Shown: positions 54,445 to 64,000 of the stretch, piece by piece
How positions within the stretch are numbered: the first letter of the stretch is position 1
Layout of the letters: every line of letters starts with the position of its first letter
Assembly: GCF_964355755.1 (NCBI RefSeq)
Contig: NC_092672.1
Coordinates: 31,750,437-31,814,436, forward strand
DNA: 64,000 nt
Reading direction: 5' to 3'
Source of the DNA: Antedon mediterranea
Taxonomy: Eukaryota > Animalia > Echinodermata
Notes under the pieces: generated by a model
What the model saw: the letters and a program-made list of their open reading frames with translations, nothing else
Told to the model about the DNA's origin: nothing
The model's database searches: none
Program-made: the position numbers and the translations under genes

Positions 54445-54910
54445 TGTAACGGTGTAATTTTAGTGTATCCGTTACTATACCATATAGTCTCAGCGGCAGG
54501 ATTTCACACAGTCACAAAATGTACCAACAGCAAATATGGTTTATGGTCAGATACAGTTTTATTTAAATATGCAATGTAATACAGTCTGTTCTGGCTACAT
54601 TACATACCTTTTCTTCTCTCTATTATAAATGTTTTATTCTACCAAGCTCTTTTCCTTCTCTTCTCTCCTCTTACCAGTACATCCATATTTTAAGGAACGG
54701 TCCTAATTAATATGCATGTACTGGGAGGGGACTATTTAGTAAAGGGAACATTCCATGATGATGAGGAAACAGTAATTGATTAAGGATGTGGGTTATAGGA
54801 GAGTGAATAAAGAGTACCTAGGGATAGGAAGAAACCACTAGGAATGTTAATAGATGGAGTAGGGAGAAATAGTGAAAAAGGGTTGTTGACCTGATGGTCA
54901 GAGTGTTACA
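54445..54910 (-). repeat. 5' LTR (466 bp)
   Basis: TG...CA termini with a 6-bp inverted repeat; followed on the minus strand by the PBS; AATAAA on the minus strand at 54633-54638 and 54558-54563. Confidence 0.95.
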
Positions 54911-55354
54911 CTACTTTAAGAACATGTCTCTGTGCTAACTTTTAAGATTGAGCTGAAATATTATGAGGATCAAACTCCCTCCTAGATACAACACTGCTAC
55001 CTAAAAGCATGTTTGTATTGTCATAATTTTTTAAGTCATAACAAATAAAATCGAATCATCAGTATAACATGCAATTGTAACAGTATCGTGTCATTGAGAT
55101 TTCAATAGACTACTGTAAATGCATTTATTTTCACACACCCTCAGATTCCACGAAAATAAACAATGTCGAAAATCAAGGACACACAAAAATAATGTGTTTA
55201 CAATAAATTCTGCAACTTCAAATAATTGGGGAAATAAATTTTGGAGTAGAAGATTTTGAATGAATTGTAATTGTATGAATCAATCAATCCATTTATCACA
55301 GAAATTAACCCTGAAAAGACGGAGCTAAATTGAATATAAAAAACAGTAACTCAC

Positions 55355-55464
55355 GATACATGCATCCTCCCTCGCCATTCAAGCGTGACCACCCGTGACA
55401 GCACTTGTACTTGGTGACGTAGTTACTTTCGTATACCATGCGGTATGATGTATAATATGCAGTT
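55355..55464 (-). CDS. MEGF6: MEGF6-like coding exon 3 (EMI domain, second part with CCxGW motif)
   Basis: Acceptor cttttacag|A and donor TATC|gtgagt; 110 nt, phase 2-1. Translates TAYYTSYRMVYESNYVTKYKCCHGWSRLNGEGGCMY, which contains the EMI-domain CCxGW signature. Confidence 0.93.
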
Positions 55465-55489
55465 CTGTAAAAGTTGAAAAATATAATAT

Positions 55490-55619
55490 CTAGTTTGACA
55501 AAAAAGTGAGGTGCCCAAATATGGTAGTGATATGCTCAAATATGGTAATGATATGACATTATCCTGTCCATAATGGGCACATCACATTTTTTGTCACATA
55601 AAGTTTGATAGTATAGACA
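55490..55619. mobile_element. MITE family A copy abutting the exon-3 splice acceptor
   Basis: CTAGTTTGACA...GTGCCCAAATATGGTAGTGATATG...CATAAAGTTTGATAGTATAGACA. This copy explains the spurious ORF 55536-55718. Confidence 0.82.
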
Positions 55620-56517
55620 ATTATAATTTACATTTTTACATTTTTTTAAAGTTTGGGTTCTAACACTTTCCATCTTCAAAAAGGGATGGGATTCTTCTGT
55701 TATTAATATACCTTTCATAAATAAAGTATTCTAAAAATAATGGTTGATGCCTTAATGCACTGTATTTTTTATAAAATGGAAACAGCATTTCTCACTAAAT
55801 TGCATTCAGATATATTCAAATTAACTAAGTTAATCAAACCTTATAGATTTTGTATAATTATAGCAAAAATGTTCCTAAAATAAAAAAATTGTCATGAATT
55901 TATTCCTTAGATAAACTATGTTATTAGATCTAATTTTTGGTAATTTTCATTAATTAAATTTAACCTATTTTTAAAATACACAATTTACACTATAAATAAA
56001 AACATGCCAGGTGTCAACTTTGCAAATTTTTAAATGCAAGATATCCTTATTCCTTATTGCAAGCTACCAATTTACAGGCACAGATTCCATTCAGTACCTC
56101 TTCCTCTCACTAATTTAGCCCATCATCCTATGTTTTTAATTTCGAGGCATTTGGTCCCAATCACTCAAGGCATGTATGGCCTTAGGCATGTCAAAAGTAA
56201 GGTTTACCATTTTTTGAAGACGACCCTAGACTTGAGGCATTCAGGGCTTGACAGACCCCCATCACTGCAGGCATTTGGTAATTGAGGATTAGGCTTGTGT
56301 AAATATTTATTTTTATTTGGCATAATGTAGTACTTATCGACACAGCCATCTCCTCTCTCTTTCCTGTACTTGTCTAGCTATAAACTAGCATGTATCTACC
56401 CCCTGCCCACAACAATAACCCCAAACGATTTTACATAGATTTACCTATTATTTTTCTAAGCCAAAAACTTATGTCTAGCCTAGCTCTAGGATGGGCTAAG
56501 TCAAACCAAAAACTCAC

Positions 56518-56655
56518 CTGCGTTCATATCCAACACACCAGTTAGCACTGTAACCGCAGTTGGGCCTCCATACTTTGACAGTTCGAGTGAAAGCTCTTAC
56601 GCACGGCCTTCGATGTCCTACCATCGCTACCTCTTGGTATGGGCAGACATTTGGC
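56518..56655 (-). CDS. MEGF6: MEGF6-like coding exon 2 (EMI domain, first part)
   Basis: Acceptor ttttcag|G and donor CGCAG|gtgagt; 138 nt, phase 2-2. Translates PNVCPYQEVAMVGHRRPCVRAFTRTVKVWRPNCGYSANWCVGYER(R), which aligns by eye with human MEGF6 PHVCAEQELTLVGRRQPCVQALSHTVPVWKAGCGWQAWCVGHERR (recalled from memory). Too short for the ORF track. Confidence 0.93.
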
Positions 56656-57813
56656 CTGAAAATCGGTAATAATAAACAATTTGTAAATTAATTTACACAA
56701 TACTTACACATTTTCCTTTGCTAATGTTGACCACCTACAACACGCTGACACCACACCGATACAACCTGTCCCATCATCCCTAGGGTGACGATTAAAGGTG
56801 GTGTGGTGGTGGTGTGAACTTAGCCTTCCTTGCTGACTCGCTGCATTATTTTTTCGCTAAAGATAAACGCAATTAAAAATGCGAAAGAAAATATGAAAAA
56901 ACCGCGATAAATATCAACATTCACTACATATTTTTGTATGTGATTTTGTTTGTAAACGAAAGTCATTAATTTATATATTAAAATAGTTCATTGTCCGGTT
57001 TGTTCTAACAATCTTAATTACAACAGCCGCAATGTAAACGTCACAGCTAAGTTTCCACCAATCACATTCAATGTTGTATTACTTCAAGGCAGAATGTGAA
57101 AAAGTGCGTAATTTCCATTTATGCAGTCAAAAAAAGAAACTTCTTTTAGTGCCGTTACTTGTGAAGGTTTTTTAAAGGTTTTATGACCCATACTATTATA
57201 GTAAGGCACCGTTTACCTCTTCAAGATACTAGTAGTAGTTATATTATACTCATACCCCTCAACCAATTTTTGATAATAATAATTAATAATGTAATAATTC
57301 ATTTCGGAACTTCACTTTTGTAACAGTGGCACACTTCACATTTTGAAGGTGCGTCCAACAACAATATATAATAAATGAAAGCACAAGATAGACAAAAACA
57401 TAGGTAATCTTACTTAAAATCTACATAACGCATAAAACCGACTTTACCTATTTTATAGCTATATAACCAGGTATAACAGGTAATTTTTTTATAATTAGGG
57501 AACTAGAGTAGATTTTTAATCAAATTATGTCACTCACAATGTCACAATACATTTGAAAGGTAACAGAGTTTAACAAATTGTTGTCCTGAGTTGTATACGA
57601 GGAGCAGGAGGAGTTGGTTAATGGTTTCAATACACGAGAGTTAATGAACTAGATAACGGGGTTCTATTCAAAAGAATTCTGGGGACAATTTATCGGGTGG
57701 ATTGCGTGCAATGCAGACAATAGCCACCGCATTCTTTTATTGTCCACAGATTGAATCGGATTTTAACGATAACTTAAAGGGACGTCAGACATGCTAGCTA
57801 ACTTTGCACTTAC

Positions 57814-58259
57814 ATGCCAGGTTGGAGAGTTCCAGATGAGTGGCCTCCAGAAATTATATTTGTAGGAGGCGGTGGATTGTACCCGTTTGGGCCGTTATTA
57901 ACATTGCCAAAACCTGAATTAGGAGAGCTCCCGCCGAAATTGGATGACGACGACGCCGGGTTGTACGCGTTTTGGGCGCTTGCAGGCTGATACGGACTGC
58001 CCGGATTATAAGCGTTGCCTGTGGTGTAACCAGGGTTTGAGTACCCTGTCTGGGATGGGGGTTGCTGCTGGTCTCCGTAAGCTCTGCTTCCAGCGTTGCT
58101 ATTAGGTTGCGTATAAGTCCCCGTAGGTCCACTTTTAGCTTCTGCGTACTGGTAATGCTGTTGATATTGTTGATACGCGTCTCGCTGCTCGTACGTTAAT
58201 CCAAAAACAAGACAACTCATTTCCAAGACTAAAACTAAAACGGTTAATTTTCCCAACAT
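57814..58259 (-). CDS. MEGF6: MEGF6/EGFEM1-like protein, coding exon 1 (signal peptide + low-complexity Q/N/Y/G/S/P region)
   Basis: ATG at 58259 begins a hydrophobic signal peptide (MLGKLTVLVLVLEMSCLVFG). The exon ends at a canonical donor AT|GTAAGT (intron starts at 57813, phase 2). The junction with exon 2 reads LQPGM-PNVC, matching LQPGMPHVC at the start of the vertebrate MEGF6 EMI domain as I recall it. Confidence 0.9.
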
Positions 58260-58869
58260 GTTGAAATAGATTAATTCCTAAAAATCCACGATAAAAAATC
58301 CTCCAAAAATTAAGAGAAACAAATTAACGATGTATAAGGAAAATTCCCAAATGACCGGGAATTTTCCACTAACTTCGAACAATTTCAATAAAAATCCGAC
58401 AAGTTAAATTCCACTTTTATATATCAATATACACCGTTACACTCAGAGGTAGCAGTATGTGTCGCTGTGTCATCTAGTCAAGTGCAGTACTCAATGAAAA
58501 ATAATTACAAAAGTACAGTAAAGTCTCTGCAATCTACTTCACGCTCCAATAAACACAGAGGGCGCACGTCTTATGAATATTTATTTTTTAGTTTATAAAG
58601 TTTCTTAAACACGTAAGAGGAGGGTGATTAGCAGCACTGCACGCATTATCTTATCTGATTACATTGTTACTGTTGTCTGGTCTCAATTAAAAAAAATAAA
58701 AACCATTTTAGATTTATTTTTCAAGTACAGTAACTGAATTCTTAGTTTTCAAAGTTTGTCTAAACTTTGTAAAGCATAGAGGGCGCAATTTCGAATTGCA
58801 ATACACACAAAAAAGATAAAAAAACTAACCAGATAAGAGTTTTGTTTACAGTACTTCTGGTCTAAAACT

Positions 58870-58972
58870 AGGTTTCCACTTAGACGCAACGCAATGGTGT
58901 ACGCGCAACGCAAGTGAGTTGACCAATCACAGGCGAGTTCGCGTGATCCATCGTGTCGTGATTGGTCAAATT
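58870..58972. mobile_element. Palindromic MITE fragment (family F); related copies near 42505-42635 and 61715-61850
   Basis: GACGCAACGCAA...TTGACCAATCAC...GTGATTGGTCAA inverted pair shared, in diverged form, by the three loci. Confidence 0.6.
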
Positions 58973-59241
58973 AGTGTATCTGATGTATGTATATACGTGG
59001 AAGTTTCAATTTTTAGTTGTTTTATGGCGCAAAAGTGCAATAATGGCGTCGGATTTGTTTGAAGATTTTCCATACATAGCAGGCAACCACTATGCCACAA
59101 AGTTCATAAAATTCGGTATATACAACTAGCTTAGATAGCCTTGTTTGAACCATAAAAATTAATAATTATTATTAGTTGAGGATGAAGGAATACGTCTTAT
59201 GCCGCCGATCTTCCATTCTCAAAAAGTAATTATTTAGTTTT

Positions 59242-59395
59242 AAGCTCTGTCTACACTATCAAACTTTATTTGGCAACATGTGATGTGCCCATATATGGAA
59301 ATGATGTCACCACCATATTTGAGCATATCACTACCATATTTGGGCACACCACACGTTTTTTTTTGCCAAACTAGTTTGATGTTTAGACAGAACTT
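59242..59395. mobile_element. MITE family A copy
   Basis: AAGCTCTGTCTACACTATCAAACT ... AACTAGTTTGATGTTTAGACAGAACTT. Confidence 0.85.
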
Positions 59396-60546
59396 AAGTC
59401 TCCCTCCCTGATGATGTCCATAAAAGCAAACACAAATTTACTGGTAACATGCGCGACACGACACTGTCCGACGTCATTCATAATTTAAATGTTATCATAA
59501 TTGACCAACATAACACCAATCATTAAAAATTACACATTTTGTAAAAACAATATATTTCAATCAATTATAACTTTTTTTTTTCGAGGGTGTAACGTCCGAG
59601 TGTTGGTCTCACGTGTACTCGTATCAATGACGTCATAACCCTCGATACCCACTTGTTTTATCTTTACACATTGATGCGGAAAACATAAAGTTGCATTTGG
59701 CACGTGTCCAATTTTTAACGGAACGCGCCAATTTATAAAATCTTAATTTTAATTTTAGTTTTATTTTTGTTTTCGCTAGGAATTATCAATAAAATAAAAC
59801 GTTTAACTTCATGGAATGCCTGGCAAGCAGACTTATGAATAACCCTTCCTGTCTGCGTTATTAGGCCTAAGCTCGTGTGTAATATTGTATTATGAGTGGA
59901 GGGCTAGCGTTGGTTTCCTTTAGGTTAAAAGTAAATTATCCTATTCGTGATGTTTTTTAACTGAATGTCACGTGGCAATCACACATTCTATGAATTTTAA
60001 TTATTGCTAAATCTTAAAATAACACGTCATAAAATAAATTAACAGCCAGAAATAAAACTTAGGACTAAAGCCCACGTTCTTATCAACATTTCCGAAAATA
60101 TTTATATTTTATAGTTTAAGCGCGAAACATCAAATAAAAATGTTTTCGGGTAAGTCACACGATCCCAGATTCAGTTTCGCTGTTCGGATAAAACTCCGGC
60201 CTCCGTTACGCTTTCCGATCCGTACGATTTTTACGAAATTCGGAATGACATATAACGGGTCGGTTCTCTTAAACTAAAACAATACCATTTCTGGTGTGTT
60301 TTTTTTTATCCGGCCACCGGAGCGAAATCCGGGCTCTATGACCGTAGGGCTATCTATTATTCATAGAAACTTCGCGCATGCGCACAGGTGATACTTTTGT
60401 CTTTGAACTTTCTGGAAATGCTGGTCTCTGTTATATTTCAGAAGATTAGGCCTAAGTGACGCGTTTTTGTCAAATGGCAACGGAATAAGTATGCCTAGAT
60501 AATGTTGATATATACAGACCTAAATACAATTGATTAGACTAGTTTT

Positions 60547-60698
60547 AAGCTCTGTCTACACTATCAAACTAGTTTGAAAAAAGTGTGATGTGTCCAAATA
60601 CGGTAGTGATACACCCAAATATAATTATGACATCATCATGTCCACGGGCACATCACATTTTTTGTCACGTAATGTTTGATAGTGTGACAACAAGGCTT
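60547..60698. mobile_element. MITE family A copy
   Basis: AAGCTCTGTCTACACTATCAAACTAGTTTG ... GTTTGATAGTGTGACA. Confidence 0.82.
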
Positions 60699-60794
60699 TA
60701 CATCACAATCGACATACATGCCCATATTAAATAATATTTTAGTCGTTGCTGTGTCGATATACAGGCCTAAAATGTTTTCGATGTACAGGCTATA

Positions 60795-60957
60795 AAGCTC
60801 TGTCTACACTATCAAACTTTATGTGACAAAAAATGTGATGTGCCCATATATGGACATGTTGATGTCATATCACAACCGTATTTGGGCATATCACTACCAT
60901 ATTTGGCCACATCACACACTTTTTGTCAAACTAGTTTGATAGTTTAAGACAGAGCTT
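60795..60957. mobile_element. MITE family A copy (close to consensus, ~163 bp)
   Basis: 24-bp TIR AAGCTCTGTCTACACTATCAAACT with a near-matching right end; T/A flanks. Confidence 0.88.
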
Positions 60958-62528
60958 TAGCTTGATAGTGGGGCACATTCCTCATGTGTAGGCCTACAAA
61001 TAAAACCTAATCATCAAGATTCCTCATCGGTGGTTATATTAGCTGACACACACAGTTCTCTAGATGATTTTTGTATATTTCCCTTTAGGTCCGATACGTA
61101 CAGCTATCAGAAAATGAAACTGATTTTAATCGATGAAATTTATCAGAACGATCTACAGACGTGACTCAGTTGAGGTTGATATATGTCTTGTATCAATTTC
61201 CAGACAAGTTATTGAATTAGTCTATACCATAAAATAAAAATCGTTCCCGATTCGAAAGCATTCATTTTATATTTATATAGGCATGAGTGTTCATTTTTAT
61301 AGTTGCGGAAAAAACGAGGAATTGGTAGGCCTTACCTCAGAAAAAGACTCGTTTAGTGGAGAAATGAATTTAAGTCTTTATATATATAATTATATAAAGA
61401 TTTCTCCATTCAGTAAGTAGCCAAAAAGGCAATGTCATGGGCGTGGTACGGAAGAAGTAGTGGGCGGAGAAAAACACAAGGCATTATCAACTGAATGAAA
61501 ATTGACGAGGTTCAGTCATGTAGGCTTAATGTTCGACAATATTACACAATTAGCTGTAGGCCACTGTCTCAAGGGCGGACTGAAGGTAGATGTAATAGGC
61601 TTTACATAGCACCTTGACACTGAGCAAGTTTAATCGAGTATTTAATATATCACGACATGACAATATACCCTATGTACTATGACGTATGTTTGAGTGCATT
61701 ACCTTGGCTAAAAGTTTGATTCACAAACGGGACGCAACACAACGACGTAAAGGGAGTTAATCACAAGCTACACTGTTCGGATGGTCCGTCGCGTGATTAG
61801 TCAATTTATTTCAAGTTATTTCAAATTACCACCAAGTCGGAACCAAGATTTAGCATTAGTATGATACTTTCTGAACCAATAATTGGCAGAAAATGCATTG
61901 CAATGAAATGGTGTATGGAAGCGGCTCGAAGAAAAATCGGGATAAGAAAATAAACTATGCGACACACATACATACAGAAAACCTCTCCTAGGCACCCCTA
62001 TTCGTCAAACGCACGAGATGCAATATGTTTTAACACCATGACCAACTCCTTTCAAGGGACACATTATAAGGTACACTTTGGTCCGATTAAATATATTTTT
62101 GGTAGAAGATAATGGGACTCATATTCAAGGAACACACTATGGGAACATGAATGAATGAACCGGGACCTAGGCTACATTTAGGTCCCGAATGTGGCTCCAT
62201 ATGGGTATTTTAAAGAGTGATGATGCACGTCAACTGCTGCTCAATTCAAGCCTTTACCCTGGATAGCTCGTTTCCTCTTACAATAAATTGATTGGTACCG
62301 TATTTAACTTCGTTTCGCTTTTAAACATGCTATGAATCTGACGCCCATGTTGCTATTCAACGCGTTCCCATCTAATGATGACGCTGCGATTTACTAGACT
62401 GGGAACAACCAAGTGACGTCACTCCTTCTTGTTTAATCTGAGGATTTTCGAAGGCGCCAAGTATTCAATTTTAAACCTTACATTGCGTATTAAGCATAAT
62501 TCTAGGCGGAATGAATTAATGAAAACGT

Positions 62529-62963
62529 TAGCTTATTACATCCCAAATGTATTTTAACAAGGTCATCTTGCGAACTTTTTTTTGCATATTTATGTAAGCA
62601 AGCTTCACAAAAACTTCTCACCTTTTTTTCGTATTATCAGTTTCTCCATTCAGAAATCATTACTCACTGATTAGCTATTTTTGTCTATTTCATCCGTTCA
62701 TAAAGAATATAAGTGTTGCAATATCACGAATCGTAACCATAAAATAGCTTATTACATCCCAAATGTATTTTAACAAGGTCATCTTGCGAACTTTTTTTTG
62801 CATATTTATGTAAGCAAGCTTCACAAAAACTTCTCACCTTTTTTTTCGTATTATCAGTTTCTCCATTCAGAAATCATTACTCACTGATTAGCTATTTTTG
62901 TCTATTTCATCCGTTCATAAAGAATATAAGTGTTGCAATATCACGAATCGTAACCATAAAATA
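62529..62963. repeat. 216-bp tandem duplication, near identical
   Basis: Copies start at 62529 and 62745; the only difference I see is one extra T in a homopolymer. Confidence 0.95.
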
Positions 62964-64000
62964 ATAATTTAGAAACGTTTTTTATAATTCATATCATGGA
63001 TTCCTTTTATCACATAAATAAAGGACGGTTGGTCTTATCAACTTACAGTTAGAAATTCTCCTCTGGGACACCTATTTAAGGGGAAACTTTTGTGAAACAA
63101 ATAGGGTGTATATGTGTTGTTCTAAAACTACGGACAATTCCTATTCAGGGGACACTTTGTTGGATCTATAGCATGTCAATTCAAAATTCAATAAGCCCTT
63201 CTATACGGTTGATTATTCAACACGTTGAAAAGTTTCAGAAAAACGGACAGAAATTTGAGTTGAGTGCGAGGCTACTTATAACGAAAACATTTTTCAAAGC
63301 TCACATAAAACAATTTACAACAAATCTTGGGAGAGCTTCATAACGCCATGTAACCTCCTCAGCATTTCCGATAAACTAGATCGAGTACTACTCTAAAATC
63401 CATTGCATCCGCATCGATAATTTATTCTAAAAATACATAAAACACACACTTTCGGGTTTATAGGCCTAAGTTCAAAACAGTAGACGCGCGCGTACAATAG
63501 TTATCGGATTTTGAACGCGCACGCGAAATGATGTCTATCTTCTATTCATGAAATAGCTTACGATCTCTATGTTTGTCAATTAAAGTTAATAATTAGATAA
63601 TTTTTCAATTTCTAAATGTTTATAAACGAGATTACACACAAGCGAAATTAAACTTCCGTCAACTATAGAGGGCGGCAAAGTCATATTTCATAAGTACATG
63701 CTTTGTATAAACTATCATTAAACTGGGAAGTACTATCTAGTAATTAATAGTAGTACACATAGTGTGTGTATTATTATTAAATATAAAATAATAAAAAGTA
63801 TCTACATTTTTTATTCTGTCTCTTTTATATGAACCTTTTCATTACAGTAAAACATTATTATGGAATTAAAAAAAAAACAAGTGTGGTCCTGTTGAAACTA
63901 TTTAAATTCAAAACTACATTGCACACACACGCTTATAATAAATGGAATTTTCGATTATATTATACAATGAGAAAACTAAAAGAAGCAGATAATACAACTG

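Larger units (their letters stand above)
51613..54910 (-). mobile_element. Non-autonomous Ty3/Gypsy-type LTR retrotransposon (3298 bp), very recent insertion
   Basis: Two 466-bp direct LTRs, identical by eye, bounded by TGTAAC...GTTACA. A 4-bp TSD CTAC lies at 51609-51612 and 54911-54914. The PBS and PPT define minus orientation. The interior has an integrase C-terminal ORF but no recognisable gag, protease, RT or RNase H. Confidence 0.95.
1294..55354 (-). other. Intron 3 of the MEGF6-like gene (54,061 bp)
   Basis: GT at 55354 and AG ending at 1294. The EMI exon and first EGF exon join in frame (CMY-P-TCST), and I found no other convincing coding exon between them. Confidence 0.8.

Noticed and set aside
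53986-54579. Three plus-strand hydrophobic ORFs (125, 78 and 68 aa)
   Set aside because: They are antisense to the purine-rich LTR-element leader; the Phe/Ser/Leu richness comes from T/C runs.
1294-55354. Intronic miR-551 homologue, as in vertebrate MEGF6/EGFEM1
   Set aside because: I did not see the GCGACCCA 5' sequence on the sense strand by eye; a formal search was not possible.
57854-58132. 92-aa overlapping ORF on the minus strand
   Set aside because: It is an alternative frame of GC-richer exon 1; the signal-peptide frame is the one that splices in phase to the EMI exons.
57810-58259. Stand-alone 149-aa secreted protein, as in the ORF track
   Set aside because: The apparent stop TAA is part of the GTAAGT donor; splicing continues into the EMI domain.

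Overview
AT-rich animal genomic DNA, probably from a marine invertebrate deuterostome (inference only). There is no prokaryotic operon, CRISPR array, rRNA or intact tRNA. The window is dominated by the 5' part of one minus-strand spliced gene, a MEGF6/EGFEM1-like secreted protein. I assembled four coding exons by hand (58259-57814, 56655-56518, 55464-55355, 1293-1189). All introns are GT-AG with compatible phases. The exons encode a signal peptide, an unusual ~125-aa Q/N/Y/G/S/P-rich low-complexity segment, an EMI domain and the first EGF repeat. Intron 3 is 54,061 bp. It contains a very young non-autonomous Ty3/Gypsy LTR element (51613-54910) with apparently identical 466-bp LTRs, a CTAC target-site duplication, a tRNA-Glu primer-binding site and a PPT. 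The only retroelement coding this element keeps is an open integrase C-terminal (GPY/F) ORF, plus a short basic peptide ORF. The window also holds two PIF/Harbinger derivatives, at least 11 copies of a ~160-bp MITE, a Tc1/pogo-type MITE family whose internal 15-17-bp motif has repeatedly expanded into minisatellites, tRNA-derived SINE remnants, several tandem duplications and motif-dense candidate enhancers. Nearly all ORFs in the supplied six-frame track are spurious.
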